DNA from: Clostridia bacterium
GTDB taxonomy: Bacteria; Bacillota; Clostridia; Oscillospirales; CAG-272
Assembly (NCBI GenBank): GCA_017504995.1
Contig: JAFVQC010000007.1
Span: 1,846-65,845 of the forward strand
Reading direction: 5' to 3'
Length of the DNA stretch: 64,000 bases
Position 1 is the first letter of the stretch, and each line of letters starts with the position of its first letter. Shown here one piece after another: positions 8,731 through 18,955 of this stretch. A program made the position numbers and the translations under genes. The notes under the pieces were generated by a model. It worked only from the letters and a program-made list of their open reading frames with translations, was not told where the DNA came from and made no database searches.

Positions 8731-9846
8731 TTAGTGAAGCACGCAACGCTCGGTATCCTTGTCGAATACGTGCAGTCTGGACATATCGAAAGCAACCTTG
8801 ATCTTGTCGCCTGCTCTGGACTGAGAGCGAGAAGATACGCGGGCGATCAGTCTGGTTTCCTCGCCAACGTTCAGGTACAGATAGATCTCTGCGCCCATCA
8901 GCTCGGTTACGTCAACGTCAACGTCCAAAGAGGAATCGGGAGTTGCGGCAACCACATTTGCCTCGTCGGAAATTGCCTCGGGACGAAGTCCTACGATCAC
9001 TTCCTTGCCGATATAGTCAGCAAGCTCGGGTGCATTTGCCTTGTCTGCGGGGAACTTGACGGAAACGCCGTCGAAGTCGAAGTATACGTCCTCGCCCTTC
9101 TTGTTCAACGTACCGTTGATGAAGTTCATCTGAGGAGTTCCGATAAATCCTGCAACGAAGATGTTGCAAGGAGCGTCGTACAGGTGCTGAGGAGTATCAA
9201 CCTGCTGAATCAGACCGTCCTTCATAACGACGATTCTGGTAGCCATGGTCATAGCCTCGACCTGGTCGTGGGTTACGTATACGAAGGTCGTACCTACGCG
9301 AGCGTGCAACTTGGTCAGCTCGGTTCTCATGGTCGCACGGAGCTTTGCGTCCAAGTTGGAAAGCGGCTCGTCAAGCAAGAATACCTTGGGGTTACGAACG
9401 ATTGCGCGTCCCAGCGCAACACGCTGCTTCTGACCACCGGACAGAGCCTTGGGCTTTCTGTCAAGCAGGTGGGTGATATCCAATACTCTTGCGGCTTCCT
9501 CTACACGGCGCTTGATCTCTTCCTTGGGAGTTTTCTGAAGCTTCAGACCGAAGGACATGTTCTCAAACACGGACATATGAGGATACAGCGCGTAGTTCTG
9601 GAACACCATCGCGATCTCTCTGTCCTTGGGGGCAACGTCGTTTACCAGCGTATCGCCGATGTAAAGCTCACCCTCGGTGATCTCTTCCAAGCCTGCGATC
9701 ATACGAAGCGTCGTGGTCTTACCGCATCCGGAAGGACCGACGAACACGATGAATTCCTTGTCCTTTACTTCAAGGTTGAAGTCAGATACCGCGGTAACGC
9801 CACCGGGGTACTTCTTATAAATGTGTCTGAGTGATAAGCTTGCCAT
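8731..9846 (-). CDS. Sugar ABC transporter ATP-binding protein (MsmX/MsmK/UgpC/MalK type)
   Basis: Walker A GPSGCGKTT, LSGGQKQR, LLDEPLSNLD, and a C-terminal MalK-type regulatory domain. Start moved to ATG 9846 (AGGAGGAG RBS), giving MASLSLRHIYKKY. Confidence 0.9.
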   Translation of the reverse strand: MASLSLRHIYKKYPGGVTAVSDFNLEVKDKEFIVFVGPSGCGKTTTLRMIAGLEEITEGELYIGDTLVNDVAPKDREIAMVFQNYALYPHMSVFENMSFGLKLQKTPKEEIKRRVEEAARVLDITHLLDRKPKALSGGQKQRVALGRAIVRNPKVFLLDEPLSNLDAKLRATMRTELTKLHARVGTTFVYVTHDQVEAMTMATRIVVMKDGLIQQVDTPQHLYDAPCNIFVAGFIGTPQMNFINGTLNKKGEDVYFDFDGVSVKFPADKANAPELADYIGKEVIVGLRPEAISDEANVVAATPDSSLDVDVDVTELMGAEIYLYLNVGEETRLIARVSSRSQSRAGDKIKVAFDMSRLHVFDKDTERCVLH

Positions 9847-9910
9847 GTGGAAACTCCTCCTAATAAACAAATATCAAAATTTAATTTTATACATACTTCT
9901 GTACTCTAAT

Positions 9911-9919
9911 ATTGTACCA
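9911..9919 (-). promoter_or_regulatory. Possible extended -10 (TGgTACAAT) for the ABC ATPase gene
   Basis: Reverse complement reads TGGTACAAT about 65 nt upstream of the start. The -35 is poor (TTTCCT). Confidence 0.35.
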
Positions 9920-10054
9920 AATTTTTATCAAAAAGGAAAGAGGGTAAATTCCCAAACTTTCACCTTTTTATTTGTGCAACATACACAAATCAACAGGTTT
10001 CTCCATTGATTTTCAAAAAAGAAGCAGGGTTTTGTTTTAATAAATTAAAATCGA

Positions 10055-12214
10055 TCACTTTACGCGCTTCATCGTCAGAGAAATCCGCTTCTTTTTCAAG
10101 TCTACCGCAAGCACCTTGACCTTGACCCGATCCCCCACCGACAAGGCTTCCGAGGGGTGGCGAATGAACTTTTCCGAGATCTCCGAGACGTGAACCAAGC
10201 CGTCCTGATGAACGCCGATATCCACGAACGCGCCGAAATCGATCACGTTCCGAACCACGCCGTTCAGCACCATATCGGGCTTCAGATCCTCCATGCTCAG
10301 AACGTCGGCGCGCAATTCGGGAGGCGGCAGGCTGTCCCGCACGTCACGCCCGGGCTTGAGCAGCTCCGCGATAATATCCTGCAACGTGGGAACGCCCACG
10401 CCGCATTGCTCCGCCACGGCAGCGCTTCCCTTTTCCTTGACCTTTAAGGGTAGCTCGGAAAGTCGTCCCTCCGCCACGTCCTTTTCGGTATAGCCGAAGA
10501 TCGAAAGCAACGTATGCGCCGCGGCGTAGGACTCGGGATGCACACCCGTGTTGTCCAGAATCTCCTTGGAATGCGGCACGCGCAAAAATCCCGCGCACTG
10601 CTCGAACGCCTTCGCGCCCACTCTCGGCACCTTCAGAATTGCCGCGCGAGAAGGAAATTCTCCGTTCTCCTCACGGTATTTCACGATATTCTTCGCGCTG
10701 GTGGCGTTGATACCCGAAATATAAGACAGAAGCGCGTGGGAAGCGGTATTGATATCCACGCCCACCGCGTTCACGCAATCCTCTACCACGCCCTGCAAAG
10801 CGCCGTCAAGTCTTGCGGGCTTCATATCATGCTGATACTGCCCCACGCCGATGGATTTGGGATCGATCTTCACTAGCTCCGCCAAAGGGTCTTGCAACCG
10901 CCGCGCGATGGATACCGCGGAGCGTTGCATCACGTCAAAATCGGGAAACTCCTCTGCCGCCAGCTTGGACGCCGAATACACCGACGCGCCCGCTTCGCTG
11001 ATGATGATATACTTACAGTCGTAATTGACGGTTTTCAGCACGTCGGCAACAAACAGCTCGCTCTCCTTCGATGCCGTACCGTTTCCGATGGCGATCACGT
11101 CTACCGAGTATTTCTCCACCATCTTCTTGATGATCCTTGCGGCTTCCTCGGTCTTGAATTTGGACTTCGTGGTGGGATAGACCACCGCCGTATCCAGCAC
11201 CTTACCCGTCTTATCCACCACGGCAGTCTTACAGCCGTTGATGTATCCGGGGTCAAAGCCAAGAACGGTTTTGCCCTTCAGGGGGGACTGCATCAACAGA
11301 TGCTTGAGGTTGTCGGCAAAGAGCTTGATCGCGCCCTCGCTCGCCTCGTCAAAGAGATCGTTGCGAATCTCTCGCTCGATGGACGGCGCAATGAGACGGT
11401 CGTAGCCGTCCACGATCGCCGCCTCTATGTATTTAACGGCGGGAGACGAGGGGCAGGTGATCATTTCATTGCAAAGGTAGTTGAGGATCAGTCCCTTTTC
11501 TACCGACACGCTGACCTTCAAAAAATCCTCCTTTTCGCCGCGGTTGATGGCAAGCACACGGTGGGCGGGAATCTTCTTGATCGGCTCGGAATGATCGTAA
11601 TACTGCGCGTAGACCGAATCCTCCTCCTTGGCGGCCTTGGTGCAAAGCAGACCCGTATCAAAGGTTGCCTTTCTGACGGTCTTTCGGTAATCGGCGTTAT
11701 CGGAAACGCCCTCGGCGATAATATCGCACGCGCCTGCCAGCGCGTCGGCGGCGGTCGCCACCTGCTTTTCCTCGTCCACGTACGCTGCCGCCTGCTCCTC
11801 GATCGATGGCTCATAGGCGGGGTATTGCGCCAAGATCAGCTCGGCGAGAGGCTCAAGACCTCTCTCTCTTGCCACCGAAGCGCGGGTTTTACGGTGAGGA
11901 CGGAAGGGACGGTAGATATCGTCCACCTCGGTAATGGTTTTCGCGCCGTCGATAGCGGTGGCGATCTCGTCGGTCATCTTTCCCATTTCGGTGATGAGAT
12001 TCCGAACCTCCTCCTTCCGCTTTTCGATGTTCCGCAGATAGGTCAGGCGATCGGAAAGATCACGCAGGACGGTATCGTCCAGACTTCCCGTTTCCTCCTT
12101 GCGGTAACGGGCGATAAAGGGAATGGTATTGCCCTCGTCGATCAGCGCAACGGTCTTTTCGACCTGCGCTTCTTTAAGTTTAAATTCTTCTGCCAACTGT
12201 TGAATGATGTCCAT
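10055..12214 (-). CDS. tex: Tex-like transcription accessory protein (S1 RNA-binding)
   Basis: 719 aa. N-terminal IPFIARYRKEETGSLDD, YqgF-like and HhH regions, C-terminal S1 domain (GVVRNVIDFGAFVDIGVHQDGLVHVSE). Confidence 0.9.
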   Translation of the reverse strand: MDIIQQLAEEFKLKEAQVEKTVALIDEGNTIPFIARYRKEETGSLDDTVLRDLSDRLTYLRNIEKRKEEVRNLITEMGKMTDEIATAIDGAKTITEVDDIYRPFRPHRKTRASVARERGLEPLAELILAQYPAYEPSIEEQAAAYVDEEKQVATAADALAGACDIIAEGVSDNADYRKTVRKATFDTGLLCTKAAKEEDSVYAQYYDHSEPIKKIPAHRVLAINRGEKEDFLKVSVSVEKGLILNYLCNEMITCPSSPAVKYIEAAIVDGYDRLIAPSIEREIRNDLFDEASEGAIKLFADNLKHLLMQSPLKGKTVLGFDPGYINGCKTAVVDKTGKVLDTAVVYPTTKSKFKTEEAARIIKKMVEKYSVDVIAIGNGTASKESELFVADVLKTVNYDCKYIIISEAGASVYSASKLAAEEFPDFDVMQRSAVSIARRLQDPLAELVKIDPKSIGVGQYQHDMKPARLDGALQGVVEDCVNAVGVDINTASHALLSYISGINATSAKNIVKYREENGEFPSRAAILKVPRVGAKAFEQCAGFLRVPHSKEILDNTGVHPESYAAAHTLLSIFGYTEKDVAEGRLSELPLKVKEKGSAAVAEQCGVGVPTLQDIIAELLKPGRDVRDSLPPPELRADVLSMEDLKPDMVLNGVVRNVIDFGAFVDIGVHQDGLVHVSEISEKFIRHPSEALSVGDRVKVKVLAVDLKKKRISLTMKRVK

Positions 12215-12256
12215 AACTTCTCCAATATCATAAATTATTTGCGGCTACCGCGAGAT

Positions 12257-12961
12257 TCAGTGGTTTTCCAATGCGTGGATCTCGTCCTCGGTCAGATACC
12301 GCCATTCCCCGCGCGCAAGCGTGGGATCCAACGTCAACGGGCCAAAGGAGATCCGTTCCAAATAGACGATCTTATTCTGCAACGCCTCCAGCATTCGCTT
12401 GATCTGATGGTACTTCCCTTCCACCAGCGTGATCACGCCGCAATCCCCTTCGCCCTCCAAATCAATCTTGGCGGGCTTTGTTTCATAACCGTCCTCTAAA
12501 ACAAGCCCCGACGCGAATCGCGCCGCCTCCGCTTCGGTGATCGGAAACTTGGAGCGAAAATAATACCGCTTTTCTACGTGGCTTTTCGGCGCAAGAAGCC
12601 GATGCCCAAGCGCCCCGTTGTCGGTGAGCAAGATCAACCCCAGCGTGTTTTTATCCAGTCTGCCGCAGGGAAACAGCCCCGCCTTCCGCACGCCGTCGGG
12701 AAGAAGATCCAAAACCGTCCGATCTCTCCCGTCCTCCGTGGCGCTGACCACCCCTTCGGGCTTGTTCATCATAATATAAGTATATTTGCGATAGATCACG
12801 GGCTTTCCGCAATACGCGATCTCGTCCCGTTCGGGATCGATCTGCGCGTCGGAGGACGAAGCGCAGACTCCGTTGACCGTTACGCTTCCGCCGCGAACTC
12901 TTTTTTTCGCTTCGCTTCGCGTACAGCAACCCGTGATCCCCAGAAATTTATCCAGCCGCAC
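12257..12961 (-). CDS. Pseudouridine synthase, RsuA/RluB family
   Basis: S4 domain (MRLDKFL...), catalytic GRLDKNTLGLILLTDNG. GTG start at 12961 behind GAAGGAGGA. Confidence 0.85.
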   Translation of the reverse strand: MRLDKFLGITGCCTRSEAKKRVRGGSVTVNGVCASSSDAQIDPERDEIAYCGKPVIYRKYTYIMMNKPEGVVSATEDGRDRTVLDLLPDGVRKAGLFPCGRLDKNTLGLILLTDNGALGHRLLAPKSHVEKRYYFRSKFPITEAEAARFASGLVLEDGYETKPAKIDLEGEGDCGVITLVEGKYHQIKRMLEALQNKIVYLERISFGPLTLDPTLARGEWRYLTEDEIHALENH

Positions 12962-12976
12962 CTGCGCTCCTCCTTC

Positions 12977-13084
12977 TCATAACCAAAAAAATCCAAAAAG
13001 AATCAACGCAAGCAGTCCCAGCGTGGTAAGCCCCGCAAAAAAGCCTGCCGCGAATTCTTTTTTCGTCCGTTCCTTCCAAGCCAA
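12977..13084 (-). CDS. Possible small membrane protein (35 aa)
   Basis: Own reading: GGGAGG, then 8 nt, then TTG. (M)AWKERTKKEFAAGFFAGLTTLGLLALILFGFFWL, with the stop 15 nt before the downstream GTG start. Below the ORF-track size cut-off. Confidence 0.3.
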   Translation of the reverse strand: MAWKERTKKEFAAGFFAGLTTLGLLALILFGFFWL

Positions 13085-13127
13085 TTCCAACACCTCCCGT
13101 GTTAGTATCGGCTCTCTGCCCCACGGT

Positions 13128-14033
13128 TCATTCAAGGACGTCTTTTTTTCTTTTTCCAGAAATCTGCAATTGGGAGATCACGATCCCCGCAAACATCACG
13201 CCGCATCCGACGTAACCAAGGGGAGAAATACTGTCAATCCCAAACAGAACGCCGCCGACGGCGCTGAACACCGATTCCGTGGAGAACACGATGGCGGCAA
13301 AGGTGGGATCGGCTCTCCGTTGCGCGATCACCTGCAAGGTATACGCCACGCCAACCGACAGCACGCCGCAATACAGGATCGCCCATTTGGCATTCAGAAG
13401 TCCCTCTGCCGTCGGTTCTTCAAACAACGCCATAAACAGAAGCCCCAGAACCGAACAGACCGCAAACTGTCCCCAAGAAAAATGAAGGGGACGGTGATTC
13501 TTTCCCAAACGGTCCACGAGGATCACGTGCGCCGTCCAAAAGAAAGAGCCGATCAGCAAAAGCAGCTCGCCGATCCCGAAGGAAAAGCCCTCCCCTGGGC
13601 GGAAGCAAAGCAGAGTCAGGCCGCAGACCGCGAGGATCGCCCCCAGCCATACGGTCACGCTTGTTTTCTGACGGAACAGAAGGAAGCAGGTCACGGGGAT
13701 CATGACCGTATACAGACCCGTAATAAAGCCCGCGATCCCCGCGCTTCCCGTATATTGAATCCCAAATTGCTGAAAGGTGGAAGCGCAAAACAAAACCGTT
13801 CCCGTGACAAGCGAGGACAAGAGCAGTCCGCGACGATCTTCTTTTTTCGTCCGTCCTCGTTCAAAAAACAGAACCACGGGAATCAGCGCCGCCGTTCCCA
13901 CGGCAAACCGCACTCCGTTCATGGTAAACGCCCCGATATGGGTCACGCCATCCGCCTGCGCCACGAAGGCAAAGCCCCAGATGATCGCGGTCAGAAACAA
14001 CAGCGCCGTCGTAAAAATACCGTTCTTTTTCAT
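13128..14033 (-). CDS. EamA/DMT family transporter
   Basis: 301 aa, ~10 TM helices, duplicated EamA-like halves (LFLTAIIWGFAFVAQ...). Confidence 0.85.
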   Translation of the reverse strand: MKKNGIFTTALLFLTAIIWGFAFVAQADGVTHIGAFTMNGVRFAVGTAALIPVVLFFERGRTKKEDRRGLLLSSLVTGTVLFCASTFQQFGIQYTGSAGIAGFITGLYTVMIPVTCFLLFRQKTSVTVWLGAILAVCGLTLLCFRPGEGFSFGIGELLLLIGSFFWTAHVILVDRLGKNHRPLHFSWGQFAVCSVLGLLFMALFEEPTAEGLLNAKWAILYCGVLSVGVAYTLQVIAQRRADPTFAAIVFSTESVFSAVGGVLFGIDSISPLGYVGCGVMFAGIVISQLQISGKRKKDVLE

Positions 14034-14045
14034 AGCCGTCCGATC

Positions 14046-14762
14046 TTAGGAATTCCCCTCGCCTCGACTCGGGATCATGGCGGCAAACATCTCCTGCTCA
14101 AAGGCATAGGCATCCTCGTCGCTGCTTGCCCCCCAGACCAAGGGACGCATCAGGCAGATCACCGTATCCTCGGGAAGCAAGCGAAGCACCGCGTATTCCT
14201 CGTACAGCTCCGTATCTCCAAGACGAACACCGTAGCCGTCCGCGCTTTTGGCGGCAATTCCTTCCCCCGCCGCCTCGGCAATGGGGCAAAGATAATTTTT
14301 ATCCATCGACTGATACAGCCACGGATCCAATAAGTAGATCGAGCTTTCCCCCGTCTGTTGATAGGTCGTATAAAGCTGATATTGGTCGGAATTGCGAGAG
14401 GTATCGATCCGCTTTTCGCCCGCGCTGTGAATGGCGCGGATCTGCTCCTCAGAGTAGATTTCGTACAAGCTCATCGCCAGATTCTTCTCCCCGTCTCCGT
14501 CAAAATCCCTCGGAACGACCGTCTGCAACGCAAGCGTCAGCTGCTCGGTCTGGGAGGTGGACAAATAGGTCGGACCCGCGTATACCACGATGGTATCCTG
14601 CTTTTCCTTTGAGCAGGTTTGCAGAATACAGACCAGCAATACGATCACCGCAAACGCCACTCCGATGGTGACCCATTTATAATGATACCAAAAATTTTCC
14701 AGCCACGAAAAAGTCTTTCCCTGAAGAACGATCTTTCCCTCCGGCTTTTTTTCCTCATTCAT
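14046..14762 (-). CDS. Hypothetical membrane-anchored protein
   Basis: Start moved to ATG 14762 (MNEEKKPEGK). A single N-terminal TM helix (WVTIGVAFAVIVLLVCIL) followed by a soluble domain. No family recognised. Confidence 0.6.
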   Translation of the reverse strand: MNEEKKPEGKIVLQGKTFSWLENFWYHYKWVTIGVAFAVIVLLVCILQTCSKEKQDTIVVYAGPTYLSTSQTEQLTLALQTVVPRDFDGDGEKNLAMSLYEIYSEEQIRAIHSAGEKRIDTSRNSDQYQLYTTYQQTGESSIYLLDPWLYQSMDKNYLCPIAEAAGEGIAAKSADGYGVRLGDTELYEEYAVLRLLPEDTVICLMRPLVWGASSDEDAYAFEQEMFAAMIPSRGEGNS

Positions 14763-14827
14763 CGTTTCAGTTCCTTTCTTTTTTGAAAAGAAGCAAAAGG
14801 GATGCCCCACGACACCCCTCTGCTCGC

Positions 14828-15298
14828 TTACGCCTTATAAACGTCCAAAACCTTCAAGCTGATCGTGCCCGCGGGAATCTCTACCTGAACCACGTCACCC
14901 TTTCTCGCGCCGATCAGTCCCTTTCCTACGGGGGACATATCCGAAATTTTATTGGAAAAAGGATCAGCCTCGTTAGAACCAACGATCTTATATTCGATCT
15001 CCTTGCCGTTGCGCTCTACCTTCACAGCAGAACCCAAGCCAACCGTCTCCGCGTCAAAATGCGCCTCGTCAACCACGATGGCATGCTGGATCAGCTCATC
15101 CAGCTCCTTGATCCGCGCCTCGTTCTTTGCCTGCTCATTTCTCGCCTCGTCGTACTCGGCGTTCTCGGAAAGGTCTCCGAAGGATCTTGCCTCCGCGATG
15201 GCAACCTTGATCCGTTCCCGTTCCTCTTTGGTGCGGAATTCGTATTCCGCCTTCAGCTTTTCAAATCCTTCTTTTGTATATTTCAAAATTTCAGCCAT
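14828..15298 (-). CDS. greA: Transcription elongation factor GreA
   Basis: 156 aa. GDLSENAEYDEARNEQ coiled-coil finger and a C-terminal FKBP-like domain. Confidence 0.95.
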   Translation of the reverse strand: MAEILKYTKEGFEKLKAEYEFRTKEERERIKVAIAEARSFGDLSENAEYDEARNEQAKNEARIKELDELIQHAIVVDEAHFDAETVGLGSAVKVERNGKEIEYKIVGSNEADPFSNKISDMSPVGKGLIGARKGDVVQVEIPAGTISLKVLDVYKA

Positions 15299-15348
15299 GG
15301 TCTTTTCTCCTTTAATTATTCTAAATTCAAACCGTTCTCCGCACCGCG

Positions 15349-16818
15349 TCAGGCAAGAAGCTCCAACGCTTTTTTCATTTGATCGTCCTCGCCGTCGGGC
15401 AGGGCGTAAATATTTTTACTTGCCGCATCCTCACTCAGCTCTACCACGTGGTCGGGCGTGATCCCCACACCGTCGTAGCCCTCGTTGCTTGCGGGATAAT
15501 ACATTGCCGTGGTCAGCTTCAGCGCGCCGCTGTAGCCGTAATAAGCAAGAGGAAGAATCGACTGCATGCTTCCCTTACCAAAGGTGGTCGTTCCCACGAT
15601 AGGCGCCAGCTCATAGTCGCGGAAGGTAGCGGTAAACAACTCCGCCGCGCTCGCCGTGCTTCCGTTGCAAAGCACGACACAGTCCAGATCCCGATATTTT
15701 CCGATATCCGACCGACTTACGTCACAAGCAGCGTAGCTTCCCTGATAGGATCTCGGCTCTGCCACCGAAACGCTTTCGTCCCCCGACTTGTCACGGGTTC
15801 TTATGATCACGTCGCCTTTATTCAAGAAGTACGAAAGCACCGCCTCGATGGAAGCAAGATCTCCGCCGGGATTGTACCGCACGTCAAAAACGAACTTCTC
15901 ACAGCCCTTGCCCTTCAATTCCTCGATGGCATCGCAAAACTGACTCGGTGTCGTCAGATCAAACTGAATGATCTTCACCACGCCAACCTTGGGGTTCAGA
16001 TCGGACACACGGGAATAAACCGAGGACGCAGTCACCTTTTTCCTCTCAATGGAAAACGGAAGGAAGGACGGCTCCGCGCCTGCGCGATAGACCGTAAATT
16101 CCGCCTTTGTACCCGCCGCGCCCTGCAGCTTGGTCAGCGCCACGTCATAACCGAGGGCGTGAACGGTTTCCGCCATGTCACCGATTCCCACGCCAAAGAT
16201 CACGTCGCCCGCCTTCACGCCCGCCACCTCCGCGGGAGAATCCTTCGACACGTTGATCACGCGGATCACTCGGTATTCCACGCCGCTGATCACCTCGGTA
16301 TCGTTGATCACGTTGATCCCGATCCCCTCCGAGCTTCCCTCGGATGCCGCCTGCAACGCCTCGTATTCCTCTTGGGTATAATACTCCGCGTACTCGTCAC
16401 CCGTGGCATACACGTAGGCTTTCAGCGCCGCCGCCACCATTTCCTCCTCGCTCAGCTCCTCAAAGGAATAGGATTCCAAAAGGAAATCAAACAGCTCAAA
16501 GGGATAGTATTTCTCCCCCTGCGGCATTCCGATAGACGGCGTCTCGGCAAGCTTGTTTTTGTACACGTTGCCGATACAAGCGAAAGTGAGCATCACCGCC
16601 GCCAAAACCAGCGCCACGCTGGAAATGATGAACGTTCCAAGCGAAATTTTCTTGGGCGCTTTCTTTGTTTTTTGCGAATGCGATCCCTCGGGGGGCGTAA
16701 AGCTTTCCTCGAATACGCTACCCTCTCCGACCGCATCCTTCTCCCATTCGGATTCCGACTTGCCGTTCTCCTCAGGGATATCGGGCATCATATCGCCCGT
16801 CTTATTTTCATCCGACAT
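15349..16818 (-). CDS. S41 family C-terminal processing peptidase (membrane anchored)
   Basis: N-terminal TM helix, PDZ-like region (AEVAGVKAGDVIFGV), S41 core ...VVLCNGSTASAAELF...TFGKGSMQ. Confidence 0.85.
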   Translation of the reverse strand: MSDENKTGDMMPDIPEENGKSESEWEKDAVGEGSVFEESFTPPEGSHSQKTKKAPKKISLGTFIISSVALVLAAVMLTFACIGNVYKNKLAETPSIGMPQGEKYYPFELFDFLLESYSFEELSEEEMVAAALKAYVYATGDEYAEYYTQEEYEALQAASEGSSEGIGINVINDTEVISGVEYRVIRVINVSKDSPAEVAGVKAGDVIFGVGIGDMAETVHALGYDVALTKLQGAAGTKAEFTVYRAGAEPSFLPFSIERKKVTASSVYSRVSDLNPKVGVVKIIQFDLTTPSQFCDAIEELKGKGCEKFVFDVRYNPGGDLASIEAVLSYFLNKGDVIIRTRDKSGDESVSVAEPRSYQGSYAACDVSRSDIGKYRDLDCVVLCNGSTASAAELFTATFRDYELAPIVGTTTFGKGSMQSILPLAYYGYSGALKLTTAMYYPASNEGYDGVGITPDHVVELSEDAASKNIYALPDGEDDQMKKALELLA

Positions 16819-16895
16819 TTCAGATTTTTCTCCTTTTTTCTTTTTGAACTTGCATGAAAAAATCCAATGTCACAAAACCGCAATACGCGCACAAA

Positions 16896-16923
16896 CGGAA
16901 TACTCCGCGCGCGGAGTATTCCG
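16896..16923. terminator. Perfect 28-nt palindrome downstream of the PucR-like gene (weak T-run)
   Basis: CGGAATACTCCGCG/CGCGGAGTATTCCG. Confidence 0.45.
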
Positions 16924-16936
16924 CAATGGACTTTCA

Positions 16937-18022
16937 TCAGAATTTCACAGGCTTGGAATCCAGATACTTTCTGACCATCAGCGCAACCTTAAAGGTGATC
17001 GCATGCTCAAACTCACGCAGATCCAATCCCGTCAGCTTACGGATCTTCTCCAGACGGTACACCAGCGTGTTTCTATGTACGAAGAGCTTCCGAGAGGTTT
17101 CGGATACGTTCAGATTGTTTTCAAAGAAGCATTGAATGGTCATCAGCGTCTCGCGATCCAAGGAATCCAGACTTCCCTTCTTGAATACCTCCTGCAAGAA
17201 CATCTCGCAAAGAGTGGTGGGAAGCTGATAAATGAGACGTCCGATGCCGAGGTTTTCGTAACTGATAATATTCTTTTCGGTCTCAAACACCTTGCCGACC
17301 TCAAGGGCGACCTGCGCCTCCTGATATGCCTTGGCAAGATCCTTGATGTTCTCTACCATAGTGGAAATACCGATCACCACCTTGGTGTAGAACTCGGTGG
17401 ACAGCGTGTCCGCGATGTTGATGGCGATCTTTTCGATCTCCTTCATCTCGGTCCCCGCCTTCAGCTCCTTCACCAGCACGATATCGTGCTCGCCTACGCT
17501 GATGACGTAATCCTTGGACTTGTCGGGGAACATATTCTGGAGCATCTCAAAGGGCATCATATCGGTCTTGCCGAAGAACTTAATGAGGAATACCACGCGC
17601 AATTCCTCGGTATTGAAATGAAGCTCCTTGGATTTAATGTAGATGTCGCTGGGAAGAATATTGTCGAGAATGATATTCTTGATAAACGAACCCTTGTCGT
17701 ATTTTTCGTCGTACAGGTTCTTGATGTTTCCAAGGGAAACGGCAAGCATCTTGGACATCTTCTCCGCCATCTTGTCCTCGCCCTCTACGAATACCACGTA
17801 CTCACTCTTCTGACCAACGCCCATATACCGATAGGTATATCCGTCGATTGCCATCGTCTCGTTGGAAAAGGAAAGCTCCTCACGAACGCCCTGACGGATA
17901 TCGCCCATCTTGCCGAGATCCGAGCAGGAAATCACCACGCCGTTCTCGTCAATTACGCCGATCACCCGATCAAAAGCATCCTTCATTTGATAGATCACGC
18001 CTTGAAACAATCTGTTAGACAT
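16937..18022 (-). CDS. PucR/CdaR family transcriptional regulator
   Basis: C-terminal PucR-type HTH (NVSETSRKLFVHRNTLVYRLEKIRKLTGLD). Confidence 0.8.
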   Translation of the reverse strand: MSNRLFQGVIYQMKDAFDRVIGVIDENGVVISCSDLGKMGDIRQGVREELSFSNETMAIDGYTYRYMGVGQKSEYVVFVEGEDKMAEKMSKMLAVSLGNIKNLYDEKYDKGSFIKNIILDNILPSDIYIKSKELHFNTEELRVVFLIKFFGKTDMMPFEMLQNMFPDKSKDYVISVGEHDIVLVKELKAGTEMKEIEKIAINIADTLSTEFYTKVVIGISTMVENIKDLAKAYQEAQVALEVGKVFETEKNIISYENLGIGRLIYQLPTTLCEMFLQEVFKKGSLDSLDRETLMTIQCFFENNLNVSETSRKLFVHRNTLVYRLEKIRKLTGLDLREFEHAITFKVALMVRKYLDSKPVKF

Positions 18023-18193
18023 ACTTTACAATCCTCTCAAAATAGTTTTTCAAAATGAAATTGTATATACTATCCTGTATTGTATACTATTTTTTGTGAT
18101 TTTTCAATAGGTTTTTGAATATTTTTAATAATTTTTAACAATTTTTTTGTATTCATTTGATAAAATACGGGGAAACTCCCGAAAAACAAAGCC

Positions 18194-18955
18194 TCAGCCC
18201 CCAAGCTCGGTCACGAAGGAAAGACACGCCAGCACGAATCCCGACGCGGTTTCGGTGCGCAAGATCCGTTTCCCCAACCCCACGGGATACAAGTCACGCG
18301 CCCTTGCCCGTTCCACCTCGGCAAGAGAAAATCCGCCCTCGCTTCCGATGATCACCGCCACCGAGGGGACTGACGAAGAAGTGAGCGTTGCCTTTTTTTC
18401 TCGGAGCAGCTCTCCCAGCGGGATCGTTCCGTCTCCCTCGTAACAAAACAGTCCCAGCTCGCACGCCGAGGCAAGGTTCAACATCTCGTCAAACTTCACC
18501 GTTCGCTCCACCTTGGGGATCACGCTTCTGCCGCACTGCTTTGCCGCCTCGGTGGCGATCCTCTGCCGCCTCTCGGTCTTTTTCTCCTCCGCCTCGGGCT
18601 TCATGCGAACCACGCAACGCTCGCTTTCAAAGGGCACGATCTCCGTTGCGCCACATTCCACTGCCTTTTGGATCACGGTGTCCAGCTTATCTCCCTTCGG
18701 CAACGCTTGAAACAACACGATCCGACAGGGCGGCTCGTTCTCGGCGTGACGCGTCGAGAGTATCTTCACCCGAACCTCGGCATCCTCCAAGAAAGAAAGG
18801 ATCGAGCAATCGTATTCGTTACCCTGCATATCGCAAACCGTTACGCCGTCTCCCACCGCCATACGCAAGGATCGTGCGATATGGTGAGCATCCTCGCCTC
18901 GCAAAAGGATCTCTCCCTCGGCGATGGCGTCTTGTCTTACAAAAAATCTCGGCAT
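18194..18955 (-). CDS. rsmE: 16S rRNA (uracil1498-N3)-methyltransferase RsmE
   Basis: MPRFFV..., PUA-like N-terminus, SPOUT C-terminus (VIIGSEGGFS..E). Confidence 0.9.
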   Translation of the reverse strand: MPRFFVRQDAIAEGEILLRGEDAHHIARSLRMAVGDGVTVCDMQGNEYDCSILSFLEDAEVRVKILSTRHAENEPPCRIVLFQALPKGDKLDTVIQKAVECGATEIVPFESERCVVRMKPEAEEKKTERRQRIATEAAKQCGRSVIPKVERTVKFDEMLNLASACELGLFCYEGDGTIPLGELLREKKATLTSSSVPSVAVIIGSEGGFSLAEVERARARDLYPVGLGKRILRTETASGFVLACLSFVTELGG

